Positions 8,930 to 21,406 of a DNA stretch of 64,000 nt are shown here, in pieces. The notes beneath the pieces are model-generated. The model saw nothing but the letters and a program-made list of their open reading frames with translations. It did not search any database and was not told the origin of the DNA. The position numbers and the translations under genes were made by a program. The DNA is taken from positions 42,130 through 106,129 of the forward strand of contig URAF01000003.1 in NCBI GenBank assembly GCA_900545885.1. Direction: 5' to 3'. This stretch comes from an uncultured Eubacteriales bacterium (GTDB lineage: Bacteria > Bacillota > Clostridia > Christensenellales > CAG-917). Each line of letters opens with the position of its first letter. Position 1 is the first letter of the stretch.

Positions 8930-10086
8930 ATTTTCTTTTTGTCGACGTCGGTCGTGCGGTTCTGCACCGCAGGTGCCGCGGGTTCAGGCGCGGGTGCGGC
9001 GTATTCGCCCGTAGGCAGATACTGCATAAGGGGCTGTTCCTGCGTGACGTAAGGAACAAACGCCACGGGTTGCACTATGGGCGGCATCTGGTAGGGTTCG
9101 CCCGTTTCCTTGTTGTACAGCACGGGTGCGCCGTAGGGTGCCATAGGGGGATAAGGATAATATCCGCCGCCGGGCACGAAATGCTGCGCACCGTTTGCAA
9201 ATCTCGGCGCGTCTTTCTGTTCGTCGGGCATTGCAATGGGTTTGGTCTGCGCCTCGGCAAACGCTTCGCCCGCAAACTCGTCGAACGTGGGCGTCTTGCG
9301 GGACGTGAGGTCGGCTTCGGGTGCTTCGAGCACCTTTACTTTCTTTCTCACGGGCGGCGACTGTTTGATTTTGCCTTTGGCAAGCAGAAGTATGGAACGC
9401 GCACGTGAACGGCCGCAACGGTTGCATTTGACCGCGTCGCCCGCGTTTATCGCGCCGCAGACGGGACAGATGAACGGGTCTTTGAGCTCGTCCATATTCT
9501 CCGCCGCCGAATACGGGTCTGCGTAATAGGAAGAATAGTTCCTGATTGCCTGCGAGAGTTTTTTGAGTTGCGCAACGTCTTCGGAACCGAGTTCGTTGAC
9601 CTTGTCGCGGTACGCGTTGAGGATTTTCGCCTGCTTGCTCAGTTCTTCGTTGGTCTTTTTGCGGTAGTCCTCAATCTCTTTCATCGCCTTGGTCTTGTCG
9701 TCGGCGACGCGTTTTTTCATCTCCGCGACTTCCTTGTCGACGGCTTTCATTCTCTCTTTGACCATAAGGTCGACGTTCATTTTGTTTTTGCGGAACTCGA
9801 CGACGTCCTCTTCCGTAAAGGGACTGTCGGAATCGGTAACGGGTGCGCCGCAGACGACGCAGAATTTCGCACCGGGAAGATTGGGCGTGCCGCATATGTC
9901 GCATACGGGTTTACGCAAAACGCCGAGCGCTCCGCCGCAGTTGGCGCAGAACCTGCTACCCGCGTTGTTTTTGGTGCCGCAGGCGGGACACGTAACCTCG
10001 TAATTGGACACGACTTCGGCGCCGCAGGTCGTGCAGTATGCCTGACCGCGTTCGACTTCGCTTCCGCAAACTTTGCAAGTGAACAT
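8926..10086 (-). CDS. Multi-zinc-ribbon, coiled-coil, Pro-rich protein (hypothetical)
   Basis: 386 aa. Three N-terminal CxxC...CxxC ribbons (CKVCG..CTTCG, CPACG..CANCG, CDICG..CVVCG) are followed by an approximately 100-aa charged heptad-like segment, a fourth ribbon (CPVCG..CNRCG) and a P/Y-rich tail. Confidence 0.7.
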   Translation of the reverse strand: MFTCKVCGSEVERGQAYCTTCGAEVVSNYEVTCPACGTKNNAGSRFCANCGGALGVLRKPVCDICGTPNLPGAKFCVVCGAPVTDSDSPFTEEDVVEFRKNKMNVDLMVKERMKAVDKEVAEMKKRVADDKTKAMKEIEDYRKKTNEELSKQAKILNAYRDKVNELGSEDVAQLKKLSQAIRNYSSYYADPYSAAENMDELKDPFICPVCGAINAGDAVKCNRCGRSRARSILLLAKGKIKQSPPVRKKVKVLEAPEADLTSRKTPTFDEFAGEAFAEAQTKPIAMPDEQKDAPRFANGAQHFVPGGGYYPYPPMAPYGAPVLYNKETGEPYQMPPIVQPVAFVPYVTQEQPLMQYLPTGEYAAPAPEPAAPAVQNRTTDVDKKKI

Positions 10087-10164
10087 AACTCACCTCGTAA
10101 TGAACGTCTGTATGTTTGCGCTACGCCCTGAGCGCAGGCGTATGCGCACTGTGATATTTTAGCC

Positions 10165-11796
10165 TTAACCCTTAAAACTGTCTTTAAGACCGACAATGCA
10201 GTTGTACTCCGTACCGCCGCGGCAGACGAAATACCCTTCGCGCAGGAACTGGAATCTGTCGCCCTTTTTCGCATTGAGCAGGAACTTTTCCGCCTTGCCC
10301 TGCAAAACCGTGAGCGAGTTCGGGTTGATGCGGTCCATATAATCGCCGTCGCCGTCGTTGATGAGGTAATCGAAGATGTTGAGTTTTACGTCGACCGCGT
10401 CGCGGGCGTTGACCCAGTGTATCGTGCCTTTGACTTTGATGTTCGCGCCTTCCTCGCCCGACTTCGTGCCTTCGATGTACTCGACGTGCACCACCGCGGG
10501 ATTGCCTTCCGCGTCAAGGTCGCAACTCTTGTATTTTACGACGTATGCGCCTTTGAGACGAACCATACCGTCGGGTTTGAGCCTGAAATATTTGGGAGGC
10601 GGATTGAGCGCGAAGTCGTCCTGTTCGATGTACAGTTCTTTCGAGAACGTGGCGTCGTGCGTTCCGCTGTTTTCCTGCTGAGGATTGTTCTCCACCTGCA
10701 TAATCTCGGTTTTGTCCTCGGGATAGTTGTCAATCACGAGTTTGAGAGGACGCGTAACCACCATTGCGCGGGTGGCGTTTTTGTTGAGGTTCTCTCTCAC
10801 GCAGTGTTCGAGTATGGCAATATCGACGACGCTGTCGGCTTTCGCAACGCCTATTCTGCTGCAAAAATCGCGCACCGCTTCGGGGGGATAACCTCTTTCG
10901 CGAATGCCCGAAAGCGTGGAAAGACGGGGGTCGTTCCAGCCCCACACGATTTTTTCGTCCACAAGACGTTTGAGGAAACGCTTGCTCATAACCGTGTGCG
11001 TAAGATTGAGTCTTGCGAACTCAATCTGACGGGGGCGGGGGTCGAAACCGCAGTTTGTCGTCACCCAGTCGTAAAGGGGACGGTGATTTTCGAATTCGAG
11101 GGAGCAAAGCGAATGCGTGATGCCTTCGATTGCGTCTTCGAGAGGATGCGCGAAATCGTACATCGGGTAGATGACCCAACGGTTGCCCGTGTGAGGATGT
11201 TCCGCGTGGCATATGCGGTAGATTACGGGGTCGCGCATATTGATGTTGGGCGACGCCATATCGATTTTGGCGCGCAACACCTTTTCTCCGTCGGCGAACT
11301 CACCCGCGCGCATTCTGGCGAACAGGTCGAGGTTCTCTTCGACGGAACGGTTGCGGTAGGGGCTTTCCTTTCCGGGCTCGGTGAGCGTGCCGCGCGTTTC
11401 GCGTATTTGGTCCGCAGTCAGGTCGCAAACGTACGCCTTGCCGTCCTTGATGAGTTTGACGGCGAAATCGTACATCTTCTCGAAATAGTCGGAAGCGTTG
11501 AGTTCCCTGTCCCACTCGAACCCCAGCCAGCGAATGTCCTCTTTGATGCTCTCCATATACTCGACGTCCTCTTTGACGGGGTTGGTATCGTCGAAACGGA
11601 GATTGCATTCGCCGCCGTACTTCTGTTTCATACCGAAGTTGATGCATATGGCTTTTGCGTGACCGATATGCAGATAACCGTTCGGTTCGGGGGGAAAACG
11701 GGTGATGATTTTGGTATGCTTACCCTCTGCGAGGTCAGCGTTGATGATATCTTCGATAAAATTCGATGATTGTTCGTTTGTTCTGATTTCGTCCAT
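10165..11796 (-). CDS. glnS: Glutamine--tRNA ligase
   Basis: 543 aa. The HIGH motif is in [17 protein letters not shown] and the KMSKS-type motif is VMSKR. Length and sequence are typical of GlnRS. Confidence 0.9.
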   Translation of the reverse strand: MDEIRTNEQSSNFIEDIINADLAEGKHTKIITRFPPEPNGYLHIGHAKAICINFGMKQKYGGECNLRFDDTNPVKEDVEYMESIKEDIRWLGFEWDRELNASDYFEKMYDFAVKLIKDGKAYVCDLTADQIRETRGTLTEPGKESPYRNRSVEENLDLFARMRAGEFADGEKVLRAKIDMASPNINMRDPVIYRICHAEHPHTGNRWVIYPMYDFAHPLEDAIEGITHSLCSLEFENHRPLYDWVTTNCGFDPRPRQIEFARLNLTHTVMSKRFLKRLVDEKIVWGWNDPRLSTLSGIRERGYPPEAVRDFCSRIGVAKADSVVDIAILEHCVRENLNKNATRAMVVTRPLKLVIDNYPEDKTEIMQVENNPQQENSGTHDATFSKELYIEQDDFALNPPPKYFRLKPDGMVRLKGAYVVKYKSCDLDAEGNPAVVHVEYIEGTKSGEEGANIKVKGTIHWVNARDAVDVKLNIFDYLINDGDGDYMDRINPNSLTVLQGKAEKFLLNAKKGDRFQFLREGYFVCRGGTEYNCIVGLKDSFKG

Positions 11797-11823
11797 TTTG
11801 GTATCCGATATTTTAGTAGAATT

Positions 11824-11852
11824 ATTCTACCCCATACGCGCGCAATTCGCAA
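11824..11852 (-). promoter_or_regulatory. Candidate sigma70-type promoter of glnS
   Basis: Minus strand reads TTGCGA - 17 nt - TAGAAT, about 25 nt upstream of the glnS ATG. Confidence 0.35.
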
Positions 11853-12000
11853 GTAAAATATTTTGGGAAAAGAAAGCATAACACGCGCTTGTGCCCGCGC
11901 AAGGTCGAAACCGCAAGAAATACGTCGATTGAACGAGGCCGAACGAACAAAACCCGCGGCGAACAAAAAAGCATATAACGATAACGCAAACGGAAAAAAC

Positions 12001-12032
12001 AAAATAAAAAAGACTGCCTATTTGTGGCAGTC
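12001..12032 (-). terminator. Rho-independent terminator after the ecf-truA operon
   Basis: Minus strand GACTGCC-ACAAATA-GGCAGTC is followed by TTTTTTATTTTGTTTTTT. The stem overlaps the last codons and stop of the 12018-12389 gene. Confidence 0.65.
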
Positions 12033-12389
12033 ACCGTGTAGGTTGATGTTGCGCGAGTCGTCGATTTTCATATATCCGTCGCGGTACTCGAACCCGAATT
12101 TTTCAAGTTCGTCAACCTTGCCTTTTACCGCAAGAGGTATGGGCGACAACGAGAACTTGAACATCATTGCTCGCAGGAAAAACTCGCGGTTTTCATAGTT
12201 TAAGCGGTCGTTTCTCAACTTAAAATGCGTGATTGTGACATAATCGCTCATTTCGGTTCGCATAAGTCCGATAGGCTCGCCGTCCTCGCGCAAAAGGAAA
12301 TTCGTGCCGCCGACGGGAATGTCCAGCCCGAGCGCGGAGTAAAGTTCCGAAAGAGTTTTTGCGTCCGTTTCGAAATTGACAGTCAGCAT
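12018..12389 (-). CDS. Hypothetical protein
   Basis: 123 aa. The start lies 1 nt after the truA stop, suggesting translational coupling. No motif recognised. Confidence 0.5.
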   Translation of the reverse strand: MLTVNFETDAKTLSELYSALGLDIPVGGTNFLLREDGEPIGLMRTEMSDYVTITHFKLRNDRLNYENREFFLRAMMFKFSLSPIPLAVKGKVDELEKFGFEYRDGYMKIDDSRNINLHGDCHK

Positions 12390-12390
12390 A

Positions 12391-13158
12391 TCAGTCCCCG
12401 TATTCCACGCTCACAAGGGTCAATCCCTCGGGCGGAAGCGTTTTGCCAGCCAGCGTTCTGTCCCCGCTTTCAAGCACCTTTTCGACCTCCTCACGGGTCA
12501 TCTTGCCCGCCCCGACATATACCAGCGTGCCCGCTATTATGCGCACCATATTGTAAAGAAATCCGTTGCCCGTGACGTAAATTTCCAGTTCGCCGTCGGA
12601 CAGTTTTCCGTCGCGTTCGGCGCGAACGGTTGCTACTATGTCGATTTTGTAGACGGTGCGGACGGTGTTCTTTATCACCGAACCGCTTGCCTCGAACCCT
12701 TTGAAATCGTGTTCGCCTTCTATGACTGCGGCGCACTCGCGCATTGCGTTCACGTCAAGCGCATACACGATATGCGCGTGGTTTTCTTCGAGCATGGGTT
12801 TGCGGTGACGGGAAACGTAAATTTTGTAGCAATACGTTTTGCGTTTTGCGGAAAAACGGGCGTTGAAACCGTCGTCGACGGGTTCGCAGGACAGCATACT
12901 TACGTCGCGCGGAAGTTCGGTGTTGACGGCAAAAGGAATTTTCTCGGGCGGAATTGACGTGTCCGCATCGAAGTGCACAACCTGACCTTCCGCGTGCACG
13001 CCTGCGTCCGTTCTGCCGCTTGCCGTCGCCTGCGTCGGCACTCCGAAAACGGCGGTGAGCGCTTTTTCCAGCACTTCCTGCACGCTCAGTCCGTTGAGTT
13101 GCCTTTGCCACCCGACGTAATTTTTGCCGAAATAGGATACTACGGCGCGGTATCTCAC
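12391..13158 (-). CDS. truA: tRNA pseudouridine38-40 synthase
   Basis: The TruA core is YFGKNYVGWQRQ...ASGRTDAGVHAEGQVVHFD. I place the start at GTG 13158, which overlaps the ecfT stop (GTGA). The track's 442-aa ORF extends into ecfT in another frame. Confidence 0.85.
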   Translation of the reverse strand: MRYRAVVSYFGKNYVGWQRQLNGLSVQEVLEKALTAVFGVPTQATASGRTDAGVHAEGQVVHFDADTSIPPEKIPFAVNTELPRDVSMLSCEPVDDGFNARFSAKRKTYCYKIYVSRHRKPMLEENHAHIVYALDVNAMRECAAVIEGEHDFKGFEASGSVIKNTVRTVYKIDIVATVRAERDGKLSDGELEIYVTGNGFLYNMVRIIAGTLVYVGAGKMTREEVEKVLESGDRTLAGKTLPPEGLTLVSVEYGD

Positions 13159-14000
13159 AACAGACCTCCGAAAATAAGTCCGTCCATTATGCCGCCGCCC
13201 ATATAGTATCTGTCCATAAGAATGCCCACAAAGAACGCGACCATAACGAAAAACGCGATGTAGTCCGCGACGTGCAGTTTCATCACTTTCATTTTGGTGC
13301 GGTGTTCGGTGGCGTTGTAACAGCGTGCGTCCATTGCGAACGCGAGTTCGTCCGCCCTGCGGAAAGAGTTGACGAAAAGCGGAATGAGCACGGGCAGCAA
13401 GGCTTTCGCTCTTGCGATAAGTCCGCCCGTATCGAAACTTGCGCCCCTTGCCTTCTGCGCGGAAATTATCTTGTTGGTTTCTTCGAACAGCGTGGGAATA
13501 AAGCGGAGCGCGATGCTCATTATCATTGCTATGTCGTGGACGGGGACCTTGATGAGTTTCAAGGGTTTCATCAGGCTTTCCGTGCCGTCCGCAATCTCGA
13601 CGGGCGTAGTCGTAAGCGAAAGCAACGACGCGCCGCTTATGAGCAAAAAGAGCCTTAAAGTCATCTTTATGGTAGTATGAACTGCCACATCGGTGATATG
13701 AAGGGATTTCCAGCTCCACAGAATTTCGCCTTCGTTTATCATAAACAGGTTGATTATCGCGGCGAATATCACTATGAAAATTATGGCGCGAACGGATTTC
13801 AGAACGGACATCATCGGGAGTTTTGCAAGCAGTATTATCGCAAGCAGGAACACCGCCGTAAGCATAAATCCGAAATAGGTGTTGACAAAGAATATCGCAA
13901 CCACGAACAAAACCGTGAGAAACAGTTTCATTCGCGCGTCCATTCTGTGAATGACGGAGTCAACTGGATAGTACTGTCCGAACGCTATGTCCTTAAACAT
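13155..14000 (-). CDS. ecfT: ECF transporter transmembrane component
   Basis: 282 aa from ATG 14000, preceded by a GGAGGAGGG RBS. The protein is polytopic and has the EcfT coupling motifs ARGASF and SFRRADELAFAMDARC. Confidence 0.85.
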   Translation of the reverse strand: MFKDIAFGQYYPVDSVIHRMDARMKLFLTVLFVVAIFFVNTYFGFMLTAVFLLAIILLAKLPMMSVLKSVRAIIFIVIFAAIINLFMINEGEILWSWKSLHITDVAVHTTIKMTLRLFLLISGASLLSLTTTPVEIADGTESLMKPLKLIKVPVHDIAMIMSIALRFIPTLFEETNKIISAQKARGASFDTGGLIARAKALLPVLIPLFVNSFRRADELAFAMDARCYNATEHRTKMKVMKLHVADYIAFFVMVAFFVGILMDRYYMGGGIMDGLIFGGLL

Positions 14001-14928
14001 CGCTTCCCTCCTCCGTCGCGTTTTCCGCAACCGTCGGCAGTTCTTTGCCGTTGCCGTCGTACGCGTTTGCCAAACCGCGTTCGTCGGCAATTCTGCCGAG
14101 TGCCTCGGCAAGCTGTCCGAGCGTGACTATTTCCGTGCTTACGTCAATGCCGCGTGCGCGCAGTCTGTCCGCTATCTTTGCCGCCGAAGGCAGGTCGAGC
14201 CCCGCTTCGCGGGCTTTTTCTCTGTCGCCGAATACGCGTTCGGGCGCACCGTCCGCCACGATTTTGCCGTCTTTGAGCGCGACAATCCTCGTCGCCATTG
14301 CGGCAATGTCGTCCATATAGTGCGACACCATTATGATTGTCGGGCTGACTTCTTTTTTGAGTTTTGCTATGAGTTCGAGAATTTCCCGTCTGCCTGCGGG
14401 GTCCAGTCCCGCCACGGGTTCGTCAAGCACGAGTATCTGCGGTTCCATGGCGATTACGCCCGCTATCGCCGCTCTTCTCTTCTCGCCGCCCGACAATTCG
14501 AAAGGACTTCTTTCGGCAAAAATCTCGTAAGGAAGACCGACGACTTCCATTGCATTGCGCACTCTGCGGTCGATTTCTTCCTTGGAAAGTTTCATGTTTT
14601 TGGGTCCGAAAGCAATATCTTTCGCCACCGTGTCTTCGAAAAGCTGATATTCGGGGTACTGGAAAACCATACCCACGGTGAAACGCAGTTTTTTGAGCGT
14701 CTTTTTGTCCTTGGCGTTCATGCCCGCCACTTCGACTTCGCCTTCCTGCGTCTTGATTAGCCCGTTAAGATGCTGAATGAGCGTTGATTTGCCCGAACCC
14801 GTTGCTCCTACCAGTCCGACAAATTCACCCTCCTGAATTTCGAGGTTGATATTGTCGAGAGCGCGCTTTTCGTAAGGAGTTTTTTTCGAATAGGTGTATG
14901 AGAGATTTTTCAGAGTAATTGCCGACAT
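13993..14928 (-). CDS. ecfA2: ECF transporter ATPase, second subunit
   Basis: 312 aa from ATG 14928. Walker A is GATGSGKST, the signature motif is LSGGEKRR and Walker B is ILVLDEP. An approximately 35-aa C-terminal extension is present. Confidence 0.85.
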   Translation of the reverse strand: MSAITLKNLSYTYSKKTPYEKRALDNINLEIQEGEFVGLVGATGSGKSTLIQHLNGLIKTQEGEVEVAGMNAKDKKTLKKLRFTVGMVFQYPEYQLFEDTVAKDIAFGPKNMKLSKEEIDRRVRNAMEVVGLPYEIFAERSPFELSGGEKRRAAIAGVIAMEPQILVLDEPVAGLDPAGRREILELIAKLKKEVSPTIIMVSHYMDDIAAMATRIVALKDGKIVADGAPERVFGDREKAREAGLDLPSAAKIADRLRARGIDVSTEIVTLGQLAEALGRIADERGLANAYDGNGKELPTVAENATEEGSDV

Positions 14929-15743
14929 ATTCCCTCCACCAATTCGTCTTCGTCTATAACCGCGCCTTGGAAACGGTAACCTTTTTCGCCGAGTTCGCGG
15001 GCAAGTTCGGTCGCGGGCGGCAACGTAAGTCCGCACTCCTCCACCACGGGAGAGGAAAACACCTCTTTCGGTGTGCCGTCCAGCGCAACTCTGCCCTTTT
15101 TGAGAACTATAATTCTGTCTGCCATTGCGGCTTCGTCCATATTGTGCGTAATGGTGATGACCGTAATGCCCGAATCGTTGAGTTTGCGCGCGACGTCCAT
15201 TATTTCACGTCTGCCCTCGGGGTCGAGCATGGACGTCGACTCGTCGAAAATGAGAATTTCGGGTTTCATCGCAAGCACGCCCGCTATCGCGACGCGCTGT
15301 TTCTGTCCGCCCGAAAGTTTGCTTGCGCTGCGCGTGCGGTATTCCGTCATGTCCACGGCTTCGAGCGCCCAGTTCACGCGTTCGATTATTTCTTCGCGCG
15401 GAACGCCGATGTTCTCGGGTCCGAACGCCACGTCGTCTTCAATCAACGTCGCAACCATCTGGTTGTCGGGGTTCTGGAAAACCATTCCCGCCTTTTTGCG
15501 TATTTCGAATGTCTTTTCGACGTCGCGGGTGTTCATTCCGTCGATGAGAACGTCACCCGTGGACGGCACGAAAAGCCCGTTCAACAGTTTTGCAAGCGTA
15601 CTTTTGCCGCTTCCGTTCATTCCCGCAAGCGCTACAAACTCGCCCTTTTCGACGGTAAAGGACACGTTGCGGAGGGCACGCAGTGTCTGCCCTTCGGCAA
15701 GTCGGTAGGAATAATTGACGCCTTTGACTTCGATTTGTGACAT
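14910..15743 (-). CDS. ecfA1: ECF transporter ATPase, first subunit
   Basis: 277 aa. Walker A is GMNGSGKST, the signature motif is LSGGQKQR and Walker B is ILIFDEST. Confidence 0.9.
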   Translation of the reverse strand: MSQIEVKGVNYSYRLAEGQTLRALRNVSFTVEKGEFVALAGMNGSGKSTLAKLLNGLFVPSTGDVLIDGMNTRDVEKTFEIRKKAGMVFQNPDNQMVATLIEDDVAFGPENIGVPREEIIERVNWALEAVDMTEYRTRSASKLSGGQKQRVAIAGVLAMKPEILIFDESTSMLDPEGRREIMDVARKLNDSGITVITITHNMDEAAMADRIIVLKKGRVALDGTPKEVFSSPVVEECGLTLPPATELARELGEKGYRFQGAVIDEDELVEGICRQLL

Positions 15744-16017
15744 ATTGGTGTAATTTTAGCACAATATCGCCGAATTGCAAAACGATTGCAATCATTTGCG
15801 CCGTGTGAAAGCCGCGCAGACAGGTTTTCGGAGATTTTACGACACCTTGTCGCGCTTTTCCGCGCACAAATTTTCCGTTATCGTCGATTTTACCAACCGT
15901 CCGACGCCATTTTTCCGTGCCCGTTTCCGCACTCTGCCGCAAGTTTCATACGCGCATACAGTGCGCACGTATACAGATGTGTTGTTATCTGTTAGTAATA
16001 CAAACTGCAAATATTGA

Positions 16018-16046
16018 TTGACTATTACGCGTGCGGAGAGTATAAT
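16018..16046 (+). promoter_or_regulatory. Candidate sigma70-type promoter of the PFOR gene
   Basis: TTGACT - 17 nt - TATAAT, 60 nt upstream of ATG 16107. The ATG is preceded by a GGAGG RBS. Confidence 0.45.
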
Positions 16047-16070
16047 CCACCTTGCTAGCCTTATGGCTGA

Positions 16071-19643
<3,573 letters not shown>

Positions 19644-19673
19644 GTCGGTGCGCACAGCGTAAACCAACAAAAA

Positions 19674-19701
19674 CCCCGTCCAAACGGACGGGGTTTTATT
19701 T
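19674..19701 (+). terminator. Rho-independent terminator of nifJ
   Basis: CCCCGTCC-AAAC-GGACGGGG followed by TTTTATTT. Confidence 0.75.
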
Positions 19702-19868
19702 AACAATGTGACTTTTACCTTGTAGCTTTTGTATCTTATTTTACAACGCAATTCATTTCTTGTTCGGAATTGCGTTTCAATCCGACTAATCTACATCTGA
19801 ATTAAACCGGCAAATAACTCAACTTATCTTTTACATCGATAATTCAAGGACAATCCTCAAACAGCTGA

Positions 19869-20215
19869 TTATTTGTTTGCAAACTTGCTGTTGTACACGT
19901 ATTCCACGTTGACAAAGCCTTTGTCGCACCAACCCAAATAAGAATCGGTATAAGAGAAGGTTTTGCCGAATCCGTCGAGTTTGTACTCTTCGATGACGGT
20001 ATAAGTGTTAAAGTTCGCGGAATAGGTCATATCGCTGATTGTGACCTCGTCGTAAAATCTCTTCCACGAACCGTTATCGTAATGTACGGTTCTGACGACA
20101 TAAAATCCGTAGCTCGTTGTTTTGGCTTTCGTGACAAAACTTTCGACAGCTGTTACGGCAGAAGTGTCGGGAATGCCGTCGGATACAAAATCGTAGCTGA
20201 TTTGCTCAACGTTTT
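19869..20215 (-). pseudogene. Out-of-frame C-terminal continuation of the 20153-21208 membrane protein gene (frameshift or indel)
   Basis: About 125 protein-like codons (...QIQQLENVEQISYDFVSDGIPDTSAVTAVESFVTKAKTTSYGFYVVRTVHYDNGSWKRFYDEV...FANK*) are open in the -1 frame relative to the upstream ORF. I found no ATG, GTG or TTG start before a late internal ATG. Confidence 0.4.
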
Positions 20216-21208
20216 CAAGCTGTTGAATTTGACCGTAAACTTGCTGTACGGCACATAAAGAAGTTGTTTCGCGACTTCTTCCATACGTTCCGCAAGACGC
20301 AGTATTTCTTTCTTGTCGCCCTTTTTCTGTGCGTCCACAATCTTTTCGGAAAGTTCATTGCTCTCTTTCATAAGCGCGGTGCGCTCTTTGTCGTACCATA
20401 CGAGCGTGTTGTCGGGATTTTCCACATAATCTTCGGACATTGCGCTCAACACCGTTTTGCGGTTCATTCCCAACTCGATTTTATTGTATCCCGCAAGCGG
20501 GTTCGCCCCGCCGCGTTGTCCGACTACGTTGATTATTGGAAGTATGAGCGCCGCAATCATAACGACAAACGTTACGACGGCGACGGAAACGCTCATTGCA
20601 TTGCTTATCCTTCTTTTGTCGGAAGTGATTTCGGAAGTCGAAGAGGACCACGAAAACTTGCTTGCAGCTTTGCCGCCGAACACCATAGTTTTTGCACTCA
20701 ACAAACCGCAACCGTCTGCCATTACGCCGCAGATGCAAAGTATTCCGACCACCAACGCGGCAATAATAAGCGTTATTTCACGACATGCCAACACAAATCC
20801 CGTGAGAGATACCACGACAACCGTTGCCGCAGTCACGAACATCATAATTCTGTTGACGCGAAGCGTAATGCTCTGCACCACGAAGAAAAGGTTGAAAAAA
20901 GCAAGCGCCAAAGCCGTTGCCAGCAACACAAGCGCAAGGGTTCTTTCCGTTTCCGATGCGGACACAGAAGGAAAAACTATCGCGCATACAAGCAAAACCA
21001 CCGTCACGAAAATTTGCAAGACCGCAGCCGTAAGACGCAGATTCCAAAATCTTCCCACCACGCTCATAGGCTGTTTTGCTTTGATATTTTTCTGTTTGCC
21101 CGTGTTTTCGGGTGCGTTTTGCGCCGCTTTCGCTTCGACTGCCGTGTCGTTGCTTTGCACGGTTTGCGTCGCGACTTCTACGACTGCGTTTTCGTTCTCG
21201 TTTGTCAT
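20153..21208 (-). CDS. Hypothetical polytopic membrane protein, apparently truncated by a frameshift
   Basis: Start assigned to ATG 21208 (MTNENENAV) after a GGAAGGGGAA RBS. About five TM helices are followed by a soluble domain (GYNKIELGMNRKTVLSAM...). The frame-0 tail (KFNSLKTLSKSATILYPTAFPTLLP) looks non-native. Confidence 0.55.
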   Translation of the reverse strand: MTNENENAVVEVATQTVQSNDTAVEAKAAQNAPENTGKQKNIKAKQPMSVVGRFWNLRLTAAVLQIFVTVVLLVCAIVFPSVSASETERTLALVLLATALALAFFNLFFVVQSITLRVNRIMMFVTAATVVVVSLTGFVLACREITLIIAALVVGILCICGVMADGCGLLSAKTMVFGGKAASKFSWSSSTSEITSDKRRISNAMSVSVAVVTFVVMIAALILPIINVVGQRGGANPLAGYNKIELGMNRKTVLSAMSEDYVENPDNTLVWYDKERTALMKESNELSEKIVDAQKKGDKKEILRLAERMEEVAKQLLYVPYSKFTVKFNSLKTLSKSATILYPTAFPTLLP

Positions 21209-21355
21209 CCCATTCCCCTTCCACGTCCCGCCAGACGGCGGCGACGAATAGAGCATATTGTATCTACTACAATAGTATAATTTATTTTTTTGTCAAATAT
21301 ATTGATGGTTTATCATACTGCCACACCCCGGAACGTCCGCCGTATTTTTCGCAAC

Positions 21356-21380
21356 AAAAATCCCCGCTTTATGCGGGGAT
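21356..21380 (-). terminator. Rho-independent terminator of the amino-acid-kinase gene
   Basis: Minus strand ATCCCCGC-ATAAA-GCGGGGAT followed by TTTTTGTTG. Confidence 0.65.
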
Positions 21381-21406
21381 TGCAATATTACACGGTTCGG
21401 TTTCAA

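Noticed and set aside
12391-13719. The track's 442-aa ORF, read as one large TruA fusion protein.
   Set aside because: Only the C-terminal 256 aa look like TruA. The N-terminal 186 aa are R/H/G-rich and lie inside ecfT in another frame. A GTG at 13158 overlapping the ecfT stop gives a normal-length TruA.
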